Positions 8,657 through 19,205 of a DNA stretch of 64,000 nt are shown piece after piece; within the stretch, counting starts at the first letter, position 1; the number at the start of each line of letters is the position of its first letter. The notes beneath the pieces are model-generated. The model saw nothing but the letters and a program-made list of their open reading frames with translations, did no database searches and was not told the DNA's origin. A program made the translations under genes and the position numbers. Source of the DNA: an uncultured Planctomycetota bacterium (lineage in GTDB: Bacteria > Planctomycetota > PLA2 > JAEUHO01); assembly GCA_963752285.1 (NCBI GenBank), contig CAVVXN010000005.1, positions 352,001-416,000 of the forward strand, given 5' to 3'.

Positions 8657-9094
8657 TCAGGCGGCGACGCCTCGGGTCCGCTCGGATGCGGCGCGGCGTC
8701 GGACCGTCGCACCGTCACGCTCGACGAGGACCTTCGCGGCCGCACGGAAGCTCTGGACGTCGTCGCGATGCGACCGCAAGAACGCGACGACGCCCTGCTC
8801 CTCCTCGTCGTTTTCGAACACCTCGATCTCCACGCGGTCGCGCCGCACGATGCGTTCCTCGAAAGCACCGTCCCGTACGACCGCGAGGTCCACATGACCT
8901 TGGGGGCGGCTGTCCCCGCGCGCGTACCCCCCGAAGAGGAGGATGCCGGAGACGGGAGGGTCTGGGGGCTGCGTCACCCCGAGCGTACGGGCGTCCACGA
9001 GGAGCTCGAAGCGCCTGGCGAGGCCGGCCGGCGGGCGTACCTCGGGGGCGTGCTCGTCGTGGGGTGCGTCGCCCTCCGCTTCGGGACGCGGCAC
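8657..9094 (-). CDS. Degenerate minimal nucleotidyltransferase (Pol-beta/MNT-like) domain protein, possibly decayed
   Basis: GILLFGGYARGDSRPQGHVDLAVV versus consensus LFGSxARG....SDxDLxVV; start uncertain (9094 or 8977). Confidence 0.5.
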   Translation of the reverse strand: MPRPEAEGDAPHDEHAPEVRPPAGLARRFELLVDARTLGVTQPPDPPVSGILLFGGYARGDSRPQGHVDLAVVRDGAFEERIVRRDRVEIEVFENDEEEQGVVAFLRSHRDDVQSFRAAAKVLVERDGATVRRRAASERTRGVAA

Positions 9095-9205
9095 GGAGCT
9101 TGCGCCGTCCCGCCTGCGAACCGTGCCCGTGGCGGATCGTGGCGGGGGCTGCGACGGGGTCGAACGGCTCGCCTGGTTCCGCGAGCGGCGCGAGGAGAAG
9201 AGGAC

Positions 9206-9505
9206 ATGCCCGAGGCGTGGAGCAGGAAGGACGAGAAACAGTACGAGAAGATCAAGAAGAGCGCGATCAGGCGCGGCACGCGAAAGGGCCGCGCCGAGGA
9301 GATCGCCGCACGCACCGTAAACAAGCGACGCCGTAAGGAGGGTCGAACGCCCGACCGCTCCACGAGGGGAACCGGGAATCCCGGGCACCCGCTCGAGGAG
9401 CGGACGAAGAAGGAGCTCTACAACCGCGCCAGGGAGCTCGAGATCGAGGGGCGGAGCCACATGGACAAGAGGGAGCTCGTGCGCGCCATTCGCAGGGCGG
9501 AGTGA
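9206..9505 (+). CDS. Small basic protein with C-terminal Rho_N-like helical domain
   Basis: GAGGA RBS; WSRKDEKQYEKIK...EEIAARTVNK; TKKELYNRARELEIEGRSHMDKRELVRAI. Confidence 0.88.
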   Translation: MPEAWSRKDEKQYEKIKKSAIRRGTRKGRAEEIAARTVNKRRRKEGRTPDRSTRGTGNPGHPLEERTKKELYNRARELEIEGRSHMDKRELVRAIRRAE

Positions 9506-9920
9506 AGGCGAGCTGGGTGGGAGACCGGGCGGCACCGCGGCCGGACGACCCGAGGGGGGCGCGGCGACCGTGCCCCCCCGGCGGATCCAGGGACCTCGCG
9601 CCGGTCGTGCACGGGTACCGCGTCGCCCGGCATCTCCTGCACGGCAGGTCGCGTCGCTCCGGTCCCCTGTGCTCGCGGACGCGCCGGCGCCCAGGGAGCC
9701 GGGCGGGAGTGTCGCCGTCCGCCGCCGAGCCGCTCCGCGCGGCGCGGCGCCACGCCCGCGGTGAGCCCGCCGTCAGGATCGACGCCGTCCCCGGGCTCCT
9801 GGCCAGCGGGGGTCGTCGGGGCCGGCCCGGCGGGGCGCCGTATCATGCGGCCGACCGGACCGGCGTTCGACGGGAGGATGCATGGCGTCGTGAGTCCGAC
9901 CCGCGGCGAGCACCCGGTAC

Positions 9921-10595
9921 ATGGCGGCGCCTGACTCCACGCGGTGGACGGTCATCCGCGACGCGGCCGCCAGCGACGCGAAGGCGCGGGCCGAGTTCGC
10001 CCGGCGCTACGGACCCGTCGTCCGGGCCTACCTCGAGGCCCGCTGGCGGAGTGGGCGGCTCCGCCAGGAAGTGGACGACGCGGCCCAGGAGGTGTTCGTC
10101 GAGTGCTTCCGCGCCGAGGGGCCGCTGACGCGCGCGGATCCCGAGCAGCCCGGCGGCTTCCGCGCCTACCTCTACGGCCTGGTCCGCAACGTGGCCCGGG
10201 GCGTCGAGCGGCGCTGGCGGACCGACCGGGGTCGCATGGCCGAGCTGGACCTCGCGGCGCTCGAGGCGCGCGACGCGCCCCTCGCCGAGGTCTTCGACCG
10301 CGCCTGGGTGGCCTCGATCCTGCGCCAGGCGGGGGAGCGCCAGGCGAAGGCCGCCTGCGAAGACCCCCGCGCGACGCGGCGGGTCGAGCTCCTGCGTCTT
10401 CGCTTTGCGGAGGACCTGCCGATCCGCGAGGTCGCCCGACGCTGGGAGGTCGAGGCGGCCTTCCTCCACGAGGAGTACCGGCGGGCGCGCCGGGAGTTCC
10501 TCGCGGCCCTGCGAGAGGTGGTGGGGGAGAACCAACCCGGCAGCCCGGCCGCCATCGGGGCGGAGTGCGCCCGTCTCCTCGATCACCTGCCCTGA
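9921..10595 (+). CDS. ECF sigma-70 factor (planctomycete type)
   Basis: STRWTVI N-terminal motif; region 2 YGPVVRAYL..VDDAAQEVF..GFRAYL; region 4 LRFAEDLPIREVARRW. Confidence 0.88.
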   Translation: MAAPDSTRWTVIRDAAASDAKARAEFARRYGPVVRAYLEARWRSGRLRQEVDDAAQEVFVECFRAEGPLTRADPEQPGGFRAYLYGLVRNVARGVERRWRTDRGRMAELDLAALEARDAPLAEVFDRAWVASILRQAGERQAKAACEDPRATRRVELLRLRFAEDLPIREVARRWEVEAAFLHEEYRRARREFLAALREVVGENQPGSPAAIGAECARLLDHLP

Positions 10596-10636
10596 AGATT
10601 CCCTCCCTGAAAAGCGCTCGCGCCGCCAAGGAGTAG

Positions 10637-13600
10637 GTGATGGGCGACGAACACGACCTGGACGAGCACGAACGTCTCGACGACGGCCTGAGGGTCGCGT
10701 TCGGCGAAGGGGACGAGAGCGTCCTCGAGGCGATCGCCCGCCTCTCGGGCAGCGCCCCGTCCCGGATCCTTCTGCGCGACGCGCCGGAGGAGGCCTCGCC
10801 CATCCTGCGCCTCGCGGGTCCGGCGGAACCGGACGCTGCGGTCGAGGACAAGCGCTACCAGATCCTGGGCGAGATCGCCCGGGGTGGCATCGGCGTGGTC
10901 TACAAGGGCCGCGACAAGGACCTGGGCCGCGACGTGGCGGTCAAGGTGCTGCGCGCCGAGCTGCACGACGAGGAGCGGGTGGTCCAGCGCTTCGTCGAGG
11001 AGGCGCAGGTGGGCGGGCAGCTGCAGCATCCGGGCATCGTGCCCATCTACGGGCTCGGCCTCCAGCCGGGCGGGCGGCCCTACTTCGCCATGAAGCTCGT
11101 GAAGGGTGAGACCTTGGCGGAGCTGCTCGAGCACGGGGAGGAGGCCGGCGAGCTGATCCGTGTCTTCGAGCAGGTCGCTCAGACGGTGGCCTACGCCCAC
11201 AGCCGTGGGGTGATCCACCGCGACCTCAAGCCGTCCAACGTGATGGTGGGCGCCTTCGGCGAGGTGCAGGTCGTGGACTGGGGTTTCGCGAAGGTGCTGG
11301 GCCGGGAGGAGCGGGCGGAGCGTCCCGGCGCGACGGTGGTGGCGACGGTGCGCTCGGGGGCCACTGGATCGCACTCCGTCGCGGGCTCGGTCATGGGAAC
11401 CCCGGCCTACATGCCTCCCGAGCAGGCGCTCGGGCAGGTGGACGCGATGACGGAACGAAGCGACGTGTTCTCGCTGGGCGCCGTCCTTTGCGAGATCCTC
11501 ACGGGCAGGCCTCCCTACCGGGGCGCGACCCACGACCAGCTGGTCGCGGCCGTGCAGGCGCGGCTCGAGGAGGCACGAGGCGCCCTCGAAGCGGCGGACG
11601 CGCCCGAGGCCCTCCGGGCGCTCGCTCGCGAGTGCTTGCAGCCGCTGCCGAAGGACCGCCCGAAGGACGCGGGCGTGGTGGCACAGCGTGTCTCGGAGTA
11701 CCTGGCGGGCGTGGAGGATCGGGCGCGGCAGGCGGAGGTGGACGCCGTGCACGCCGCGGCGGAGGCGCGACGCGTGCAGCGCGCCCGGCGCACGACGATC
11801 GCCTTGGCTGCGGTGGCCCTGCTCGCCCTCCTGGCGGGGACCGGGGGCTACTCCCTCTGGAAGCGCGCCGAGCGCTCGCGGGAGAGCGCCGCGACGGCCC
11901 GGGTGGCTCCCATCCTGCGGGAGGCGACGCGTCTGGAGGGGGAGGAAGACTGGAACGGGTCGAGGGCGGCGGCGGCCACGGCGCTCGCGCTGGCGCAGGC
12001 CGAGGGCGCGGACGCGGAGACGCTGGCGACCGCGCGCGCTCTCGAGGCGCGCATTCGGACGGCCGCGGATGCGGCCGAGAAGAAGGCGAGAGAGGCCGCT
12101 CGCGAAGGGCAACTGATCGACACCCTGGACGAGCTCATGACTCGCAGCATGCTGATCTCGGCGAGCGAGCTCGTGAGCGGCTTCGAGGCCGCCTGCGCGC
12201 GGTACGGCGTGGATCCCTACGGGGACGGGGCGCCGGGAGAGCTCTCCGGGTTCGGCCGACCCGTCGAGCTCGCTCTCCACCTCGACGTGTGGGCCGAGCT
12301 CCTCCACACCAAAGACGACACGAGGTGGAGGGCGGTAGACCGCCTTGCACGTTCGCTGGACGACGATCCCTGGCGCACGCGGCTGCGTGACACCGCCGTC
12401 ACGGGGGACCGCGCGACGCTGCGCGAGCTTGCCTCCCATCCAGAGGCGGCGGAGCAGCATCCCACGACGATCGTGCGCATGGCGAGGGCGCTCGCCACGG
12501 CAAACGAGCCGCAGGCCGCCGCGGCGCTCCTCCGGGCGGCCGCGGTGCGGTATCCGGGCGACTTCTGGATCCACTACCAGCTCGCCTCGCTGCTGTGGTG
12601 GGGCCTTCATCTCGCACCCGAGGCGCGGGTCCACGCCACGGCCGCGGTGGCGCTCCGGCCCGAGACGGCGGGCGCGTGGAACGTCCTCGGCGCCATCGAG
12701 AACGACGGGCTGGAGGACACCGACGGGGCGATCCGAGCCTTTCGCCGCACCCTCGCGCTCAATCCGGCGTACACGGCCGCCCGGGGAAACCTCGGCACCG
12801 CGCTCTACAAGAAGGGCGACGTGCCGGGTGCGCTGGCTGCCTATCGCGAGGCGATCCGCCTCGATCCTGGGAATTCCCAGGTGCGCCTCAGCCTCGGCAG
12901 GGCGCTGGAGAAGGAGGGGGACCTGGAGGGCGCCGTCGCCGCGTTCCGGGAGGCGATCCGCGTGGAGCCGAACTTCGCCCAGGCCCACGACGACCTCGGT
13001 CGTGCGGTCGAAGCGAGAGGCGACATGAGCGGCGCCTGCGCCGCCTACCGCGCGGCGATCCGTCTCGATCCGAGGTGCGCCCAGGCCCACCACGACCTTG
13101 CCTTCGCCCTCGTGAAGCGAGGCGATGTGGACGGGGCGCTCGGCGCGCTCCGCGACGCCGTCCGCGTCGATCCGACCGTGTCCACGCACCACGTGGACCT
13201 CGGCGTGATCCTGTGTGACCGGCTCCGGCGCTACGACGAGGCGATCGCCTCCTTTGAGGAGGCCATCCGCCTCGACCCGACGTCGGTGATCGCCCACTTC
13301 GATCTCGGCGTGGCGCTCCTCGGCAAGGGCGACCTGGACGGCGCCGTCGCCGCGTACCGTGCGGCGATCCGCCTCGACCCGAAGCTCGCTCCGGCCCAGG
13401 CCAACCTCGGCAACGCGCTGTTGCGGCAGGGCGATCGGCAGGGCGCGGTCGCCGCCTGGCGTGAGGCGATCCGGCTCGACCCGTCGAACGCCGTGGCCTA
13501 CGGAAACGTCGGTCTCGCGCTCCGGGAAGAAGGGGATTTCGAAGGGTCGCTCGAGGCGTTCGCGAAGGCGGCCTCCCTCGACCCGAGTCTCCGCGGCATC

Positions 13601-14074
13601 GACGCGGCCGTCGCGCACGCGAAGGCTCTCGCCGCCGCCTCCGCCCGTCTTCCCGCCGTCCTCCGCGGCGACGAGAGCCCCGGGAGCGCACAGGCGTTGC
13701 TCGCGCTCGCACAGGTCTGCCAGACGAGGAAGGACGCCGTCTCGGCCGCCCGTTTCTACCAGCAGGCCTTCGACGTCGATCCCGCCGTCGCCGCCGACCT
13801 CCGAACGGCTGCCCGGTACAACGCGGCGTGCGTGGCGGCGCTCGCGGGAGAGGCGTGGCACGAGCGGGCGCTGCGGTGGCTCTGGGCGGACCTGGAGGCG
13901 TGGGGCGAGCTGCCGCGAGCCGCCGCGCCGGCCGTGAAGCGCAATCTCGAGCACTGGAAGGCCGACCCCGACCTCGCGAGCGTTCGGGACGGCGAAGACG
14001 TTCCCGAGGCCTGGCGGGCGCTCTGGGCCGAGGTGGACGCGTTGCTCTCGCGGGCCGAGGAGACGTCGAGGTGA
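10637..14074 (+). CDS. Hanks-type Ser/Thr kinase with TM segment and long C-terminal TPR array
   Basis: [64 protein letters not shown]; repeated A..AYR.AIRLDP TPRs; AGGAG RBS. Confidence 0.95.
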   Translation: MMGDEHDLDEHERLDDGLRVAFGEGDESVLEAIARLSGSAPSRILLRDAPEEASPILRLAGPAEPDAAVEDKRYQILGEIARGGIGVVYKGRDKDLGRDVAVKVLRAELHDEERVVQRFVEEAQVGGQLQHPGIVPIYGLGLQPGGRPYFAMKLVKGETLAELLEHGEEAGELIRVFEQVAQTVAYAHSRGVIHRDLKPSNVMVGAFGEVQVVDWGFAKVLGREERAERPGATVVATVRSGATGSHSVAGSVMGTPAYMPPEQALGQVDAMTERSDVFSLGAVLCEILTGRPPYRGATHDQLVAAVQARLEEARGALEAADAPEALRALARECLQPLPKDRPKDAGVVAQRVSEYLAGVEDRARQAEVDAVHAAAEARRVQRARRTTIALAAVALLALLAGTGGYSLWKRAERSRESAATARVAPILREATRLEGEEDWNGSRAAAATALALAQAEGADAETLATARALEARIRTAADAAEKKAREAAREGQLIDTLDELMTRSMLISASELVSGFEAACARYGVDPYGDGAPGELSGFGRPVELALHLDVWAELLHTKDDTRWRAVDRLARSLDDDPWRTRLRDTAVTGDRATLRELASHPEAAEQHPTTIVRMARALATANEPQAAAALLRAAAVRYPGDFWIHYQLASLLWWGLHLAPEARVHATAAVALRPETAGAWNVLGAIENDGLEDTDGAIRAFRRTLALNPAYTAARGNLGTALYKKGDVPGALAAYREAIRLDPGNSQVRLSLGRALEKEGDLEGAVAAFREAIRVEPNFAQAHDDLGRAVEARGDMSGACAAYRAAIRLDPRCAQAHHDLAFALVKRGDVDGALGALRDAVRVDPTVSTHHVDLGVILCDRLRRYDEAIASFEEAIRLDPTSVIAHFDLGVALLGKGDLDGAVAAYRAAIRLDPKLAPAQANLGNALLRQGDRQGAVAAWREAIRLDPSNAVAYGNVGLALREEGDFEGSLEAFAKAASLDPSLRGIDAAVAHAKALAAASARLPAVLRGDESPGSAQALLALAQVCQTRKDAVSAARFYQQAFDVDPAVAADLRTAARYNAACVAALAGEAWHERALRWLWADLEAWGELPRAAAPAVKRNLEHWKADPDLASVRDGEDVPEAWRALWAEVDALLSRAEETSR

Positions 14075-16008
14075 GCACGGACCGCAGCATCCTCCAGCGG
14101 CTCGAGGAGCGGGGGCGTGACGTGCCGCGGGTGCGGCTCGCGGGGAGCGAGGCACCCCTGCCCGGCACGTCGGCCAGCGGACGGTACGAGATCGTGGGCG
14201 AGATCGCCCGCGGCGGCGTCGGGGTCGTCTACCGCGGGCGCGACACCGACCTCGGCCGCGACGTGGCGATGAAGGTTCTGCGTGACGAGTACGCGCAGCG
14301 ACCCGAGCTCGTGCAGCGCTTCGTGGAGGAGGCGCAGATCGGAGGCCAGCTCCAGCACCCGGGCATCGTGCCGGTCTACGAGCTGGGGGTCCGCGAAGGG
14401 GGGAAGCCCTACTTCGCCATGAAGTTCGTGAAGGGGCGCACGCTCTCGGAGCTCCTCGATGCGCGAGGCGACGTCTCCGAGGACCGGCGGGCGCTCCTGT
14501 CCCACTTCGCCCAGGCGTGCCACACGGTGGCCTATGCGCACAGCCGAGGCGTGATCCACCGGGATCTCAAGCCCGCCAACGTGATGGTGGGCGCCTTCGG
14601 CGAGGTGCAGGTGGTCGACTGGGGCTTCGCCAAGGTGCTCCGGCGGGGTGGCGTCGAGGACGAGCGTCGTGCACAACAGGGGGCGACGATCGTCGCCACG
14701 CTCCGTTCGTCCGCAGAGGGCTCCGCGTCGGTCGTGGGGTCCGTGATGGGAACGCCGGCCTACATGCCTCCCGAGCAGGCGCTGGGCATGGTGGACCAGC
14801 TGACGGAGCGGGCGGACGTGTTCGCGCTCGGGGCGATCCTCTGCGAGGTCCTGACGGGCGCCCCGCCCTACCGCGGCACCCCGGCCGACGTGCTGACCGC
14901 GGCGGCCCAGGCGCGCCTCGACGAGGCGTACGCCCGGCTCGACGCATGCGGTGCGGATCCGCAACTGGTGGCGCTCGCCCGCGCCTGCCTCTCGCCCCTG
15001 CCCAAGGACCGGCCGCGCACCGCGCGGGAGGTGGCCGAGGTGATGCGGGCCTTCCTCTCGGAGGCCGAGCGGCGTGCGCGCGAGGCGGGGCTGCGCGCCG
15101 CCGAGGCGGAGGTCGAGGTGGAGGAGCAGCGCCGGGCGCGACGCCAGACGCTGGTGGTGGCGTCGGCGGTCCTTCTGGTGGTGCTCCTGGGCGGAGGCGC
15201 GTTCCTCCTCCGAAGCCGCGTCGCCGCGGCGCGCGAGCGCGCGCTCGGGGCCGCGTACGAGGTCGCGATGCGGGAGGCCACGCGGCTCGCCGCGACCGAT
15301 GCCGCCATGGCGCGGGCGGCGGCCGAGCGGGCGGTGGGGCTGGCGGCGGAGGACGAAACGCGCCGCCAGGAAGCCGCGACGCTCCGAGACCAGATCCAAG
15401 CGAGTTCCCGGGCGGCGGACCGTGCGGCGAAGAGGAAGGAGGTCGAAGCGGGGCTCTTGGCGCGGCTCGACGACGTGCTCCTCCTCGGCGAGGTCGATCC
15501 CGATCCCGAGAAGGCGGACGACGCCTACCTCGCGGCGCTCCCGGACCTCGCGGTGGCGAACGACTTCGACCGAAAGGGGGAGCTCGCCGTCCACCTGGAC
15601 CGCTGGGCGGACCTGCGGCGCCGCGCCGCGGGGCTCGCGGGCCGGGACTGGCACGCGATCGACCGGTCCGCGCGCGCACTCGACCCCGATCCATGGCGCA
15701 CGAGACTCCGCGACGAGCTCGCGCGGGGAGATCTCGATGCGTTGCGCCAGCGGGCCGCGGGCGCCGAGATCGACGCAGAGCCCGCGAACGCGGTCGATGT
15801 CCTGGCGGTGGCCCTGGGAGAGCGAGGGGCGCGCGACGCGGCGCTCGACCTGCTGCGACGTGCGGCGGAGCGCGCCCCGGGGGACCTCGCCCTCCACGTC
15901 CACCTCGCCCGCTACGCCGAGCGGCCGGAGGCGCGGGCCCACCTGACCGCGGCGCTCGCGCTGGAGCCGGGTCCTCGCACGCGCGAGATCCTCGCGCGCC
16001 TGCACTGA
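14071..16008 (+). CDS. Second Ser/Thr kinase, paralog of the upstream kinase, with TM and short helical C-terminus
   Basis: GTGA overlap with upstream stop; [53 protein letters not shown]. Confidence 0.92.
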   Translation: MSTDRSILQRLEERGRDVPRVRLAGSEAPLPGTSASGRYEIVGEIARGGVGVVYRGRDTDLGRDVAMKVLRDEYAQRPELVQRFVEEAQIGGQLQHPGIVPVYELGVREGGKPYFAMKFVKGRTLSELLDARGDVSEDRRALLSHFAQACHTVAYAHSRGVIHRDLKPANVMVGAFGEVQVVDWGFAKVLRRGGVEDERRAQQGATIVATLRSSAEGSASVVGSVMGTPAYMPPEQALGMVDQLTERADVFALGAILCEVLTGAPPYRGTPADVLTAAAQARLDEAYARLDACGADPQLVALARACLSPLPKDRPRTAREVAEVMRAFLSEAERRAREAGLRAAEAEVEVEEQRRARRQTLVVASAVLLVVLLGGGAFLLRSRVAAARERALGAAYEVAMREATRLAATDAAMARAAAERAVGLAAEDETRRQEAATLRDQIQASSRAADRAAKRKEVEAGLLARLDDVLLLGEVDPDPEKADDAYLAALPDLAVANDFDRKGELAVHLDRWADLRRRAAGLAGRDWHAIDRSARALDPDPWRTRLRDELARGDLDALRQRAAGAEIDAEPANAVDVLAVALGERGARDAALDLLRRAAERAPGDLALHVHLARYAERPEARAHLTAALALEPGPRTREILARLH

Positions 16009-16330
16009 GGCGAGGCCCGATGGCGGTGCGTCGCGTCGGCCCCGCCTCCGCCGGGGCTTCGACCTCTTCGGCCGGACGCTCCCGCCGACCCCCTCCTTCG
16101 TGCGTCCGCCCCCCGAGGGCCTGCGGGCGCCGACCCGCCTCCAGGGGCCCGTCGGGCGGCGCACCGTCTCGCTCCGCACGAGCGGCTCTCCCGCTGTCGA
16201 GGTGCCGCGGGCCCTCGAGCGCAAGCGGCGGCGGGATCCTCGTGGCGACCCGATCGTGTCCATGACCATGGGGTGCGCTTCCCCGGCGCGGTCGCGCTAC
16301 CCTGCCCGTGTCCGCGGGAGGAGGGAACCG

Positions 16331-16795
16331 ATGAGGACCACCGGAGGCGTCGCGCGCGCGGCCCTGCTCTCGCTGGCGCTCGGCGCGGTCGGTTGCGCGT
16401 CGGCGCGCGGGCCCGTCGAGCCGTCGGCAGCGCCGGCGACGGAGGGGAACGTCCACCTCTTCCTCTCGAACCAGAGCGATCGCCGGAAGACGGTGGTGCT
16501 CTCGGTGTACGTGGACGGGCGGCTCGCGGTACGTCGCGGGATGCCGTCCGTGACCATCGGTCGTCGCGCGCACGGGTTTCCCGAGGAAGTCCTCCTCCGT
16601 CTCGAGCCCGGTCCGCACACGGTGCGTGTGGTGGCGGAGGGGCGTGGAGCGAGTCGGTCGGTGGACGTCGTCGTCGGCCCGGGCCCGCTCTACGTGTGCG
16701 CGAGCTACGACGACGGGGTCGGCGGTCCACACGAGGGCCCGGTCGCGGAGCCGGTCACGGTAGAGGTCGCGGACCATCCCTTCGGGTTCTGTTGA
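16331..16795 (+). CDS. Putative lipoprotein, beta-sandwich hypothetical
   Basis: GGAGGAGG RBS; signal with lipobox-like LGAVGC; LEPGPHTVRVVA. Confidence 0.7.
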   Translation: MRTTGGVARAALLSLALGAVGCASARGPVEPSAAPATEGNVHLFLSNQSDRRKTVVLSVYVDGRLAVRRGMPSVTIGRRAHGFPEEVLLRLEPGPHTVRVVAEGRGASRSVDVVVGPGPLYVCASYDDGVGGPHEGPVAEPVTVEVADHPFGFC

Positions 16796-16895
16796 TCCGT
16801 TTCCTCGGGCGCGGGCATCGAGCGGACGCCGGGCCCCCGTGCGGTCCTGTGGGGCGACGCCACCGGGCGGCGCTTCACCCGGGAGGGGGGCGGCG

Positions 16896-18581
16896 TCAGC
16901 GGTCGAGGTGCGCGTCGATCCGGGGGGCGAGGCACGTGTCGCCGTACTCGTCGCGGAGCTTCTCCCAGTCCTTCCGCATCTTCGCGTGGTCTCGGAGCTT
17001 CGCGTCCTTCTTCTCGGCCGCGTCCACGCGGGGTTCGCCCTTCAGCGCCTTCTGGATCGACTCGTCGGCCTTCCAGGCGTTCAGCTGCTCCTCGATCGTC
17101 GGTGCGTCCGGGACGCCCTCGAGCTGCTTCATCCAGCGTGCGAGCTCGTCGAGAGCCTCCGTGGGGTGACCGGCGTCGATCCACGCGCGCGCGCGGCGCA
17201 TGGCGTTCCCCGGCGCCACGGCGAGACGTTGGAGCAGCCACTCCGCGTCGTCGTGGACCTTCGGGTCGCCCGCGGTGGCGGAGACGTGCTCCGCCTCGCT
17301 CCACGCGCGGCCGATCTGGTCCTTTCGAACCAGCTTCACCGCGCCGTCGAGCGCCGGGAGCAGGATTCGGTCGAGATCCACGACGGGCGCCGTCCTCGTG
17401 ATCCACGAGGGCAAGAACTCGCCGGGGTCGATCCAGTCGCGGAGCCCCTGGTCCACGGGCTGGTAGCCGCGCGTGTGCGCGAGGTCGAAGGCACCGGGGT
17501 AGAGGGCGAAGTGCAGGTGGGCGAAGTGCCCGCCGTTCTCGACGCTGTAGGAGAGGCCCATCGAGGTCAAGAGCTGCCCGGCCCCGACCTCGTCGCCCGG
17601 CTTCACGAAGACCGTGTCGCCGCCGTGCATCAGGAGGCTCGTGACCACGCGCCCGCCGCCGAGGGAGTGCTCGATCGCGATGACGGTTCCCATGTCGGTC
17701 CCGCTCGAGACGAGCTTCACGACACCGGCCGCCGGCGCATAGAAGCCCGCGCCGTCGAGACACGCGCCTCCGTCCTCGCCGACGTGGTACACGGCGCCGT
17801 TCTCGCGCAGGTTCGCGAACGGCTGGAGCGCCGCGCCGGGAATCTCCTCCTCGCCCCACGCGAGCAGCGGCCCGACCCAGCGGTCGGCCGCCGGGAGGCG
17901 CGCGGCCGTGCCCTTGCCGACCTCGTTCTTCGGCTCGAGCTCGTAGCCCGGCAGGACCTCGGCCAGGTGGTCCATGCCGTCCAGGAACGGGACCAGACGA
18001 AGGCCGTTCTGCAGGGTGACGACGTGCTCCTGGTGGACCCGCTCGAACGACAGCGTCCCCTGCGCGCGTCGGAGCAGCGCCTCGAGGCAGCGGCGCACGT
18101 AGAAGTCGCCCTCGCGCGCGAGGAGCGCCTCGACGTCGTCGGCCCGGCGGCTGTTGTCCCACAGCTTGATGCAGGTGATCGCGGCCTTCTCCCGCAGGCG
18201 CCGCTCCGGGTCGGTGAGGAGCGTCCAGGCCTTGGGGAACGTGGACGCGTCCCAGTAGTGCTCCAGGACGAGCAGCGCGCGGTGTCGTACGTGCCAGTCC
18301 TCGTGCTCGAGCAGCGCGAGGTACAGGTCGAGGAGGTCCACGTTGCGAAACCGCTTCCACGCCTCGATCGCCGCGCGACCGCTTCGCAGCACCGCGCGGT
18401 GGATCTTGTCGGCGCGCTCGGCGCCCTTCGCGGCGAGGATCGGGAGGAGGTCCTTCGCCGACTCGGCGAGCATGTGCCGGCCGTTCTCGGGGTCGAGGTC
18501 GCCTCCCCATCCCGCCTCGGCGGCGGGGAGGAACAGGAGCCCCAGGAGGAGCGCCGGGAGGACCGCCCGAGCGGGCCGCAC
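16896..18581 (-). CDS. Secreted HEAT-repeat plus M23 family metallopeptidase
   Basis: Signal peptide; LLEHEDWHVRHRA, LLTDPERRLREKAA; M23 HVGEDGG (HxxxD), YAPAAGVV, VKPGDEVGAGQ, HLHF. Confidence 0.85.
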   Translation of the reverse strand: MRPARAVLPALLLGLLFLPAAEAGWGGDLDPENGRHMLAESAKDLLPILAAKGAERADKIHRAVLRSGRAAIEAWKRFRNVDLLDLYLALLEHEDWHVRHRALLVLEHYWDASTFPKAWTLLTDPERRLREKAAITCIKLWDNSRRADDVEALLAREGDFYVRRCLEALLRRAQGTLSFERVHQEHVVTLQNGLRLVPFLDGMDHLAEVLPGYELEPKNEVGKGTAARLPAADRWVGPLLAWGEEEIPGAALQPFANLRENGAVYHVGEDGGACLDGAGFYAPAAGVVKLVSSGTDMGTVIAIEHSLGGGRVVTSLLMHGGDTVFVKPGDEVGAGQLLTSMGLSYSVENGGHFAHLHFALYPGAFDLAHTRGYQPVDQGLRDWIDPGEFLPSWITRTAPVVDLDRILLPALDGAVKLVRKDQIGRAWSEAEHVSATAGDPKVHDDAEWLLQRLAVAPGNAMRRARAWIDAGHPTEALDELARWMKQLEGVPDAPTIEEQLNAWKADESIQKALKGEPRVDAAEKKDAKLRDHAKMRKDWEKLRDEYGDTCLAPRIDAHLDR

Positions 18582-19193
18582 TCAGGCCACCGCCACGGGG
18601 AGGCCGAGCCGGCCGGCCGCCACGTCCTCGAGCACCTCCGCGTAGAGCGCGTGTTCCGCCGCGAGGACGCGCTCCTGGAGGACGGCGGGGGTGTCGCCCG
18701 CGAGGACGGGGACCTTCTTCTGCCGGAGCACGGGGCCCTGATCGTACGCCGCGGTCACGACGTGGACGCTCGCGCCGGTCTCGGTGTCGCCCGCCTCGAG
18801 CACGGCCTCGTGCGGCCGGATCCCGTACATGCCCGGGCCCCCGTGACGGGGGAGGAGCGCGGGGTGGATGTTCAGGATGCGCCCCTCGAAGCGGGAAAGC
18901 GTCTTCGGGCCGACCTTCTTCATGTAGCCCGCCAGGACGACGACGTCCACCGCCGCGGCGGCGAGCGCGTCGCGCATGGCCGCGTCGAGCGCGTCGGGCT
19001 CCGGATGGGTACGGCCGCTCAGGTGGACCCACGGCAGCCCGTGCCGGGTCGCGCGGTCCACCGCCCCCGAGCCCGAGTTGTTGGAGATGACGAGGGCCAC
19101 CTCGGCGTCGAGCGTCCCGGCCTCGATCCGGTCCACGATCGCCTGCATGTTCGACCCGCCGTGCGAGGCCAGGATCCCGATCCTGAGGTGCAT
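18582..19193 (-). CDS. purN: Phosphoribosylglycinamide formyltransferase
   Basis: ILASHGGSNMQAI, VLAGYMK, LNIHPALLP, GASVHVV, YDQGPV. Confidence 0.96.
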   Translation of the reverse strand: MHLRIGILASHGGSNMQAIVDRIEAGTLDAEVALVISNNSGSGAVDRATRHGLPWVHLSGRTHPEPDALDAAMRDALAAAAVDVVVLAGYMKKVGPKTLSRFEGRILNIHPALLPRHGGPGMYGIRPHEAVLEAGDTETGASVHVVTAAYDQGPVLRQKKVPVLAGDTPAVLQERVLAAEHALYAEVLEDVAAGRLGLPVAVA

Positions 19194-19205
19194 GTCCCTC
19201 CCCTC

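Noticed and set aside
9206..9505. Toxin-antitoxin or plasmid-stabilisation label sometimes given to this small protein family
   Set aside because: No RelE/ParE features or partner gene; only a Rho_N-like domain is supported
9506..9920. ORFs in the gap before the ECF gene
   Set aside because: No recognisable motifs, RBS or protein-like composition in any frame; treated as intergenic
12700..13600. Recurring GCGATCCGCCTCGA(T/C)CC DNA repeats
   Set aside because: Explained by TPR protein repeats (AIRLDP) in the kinase
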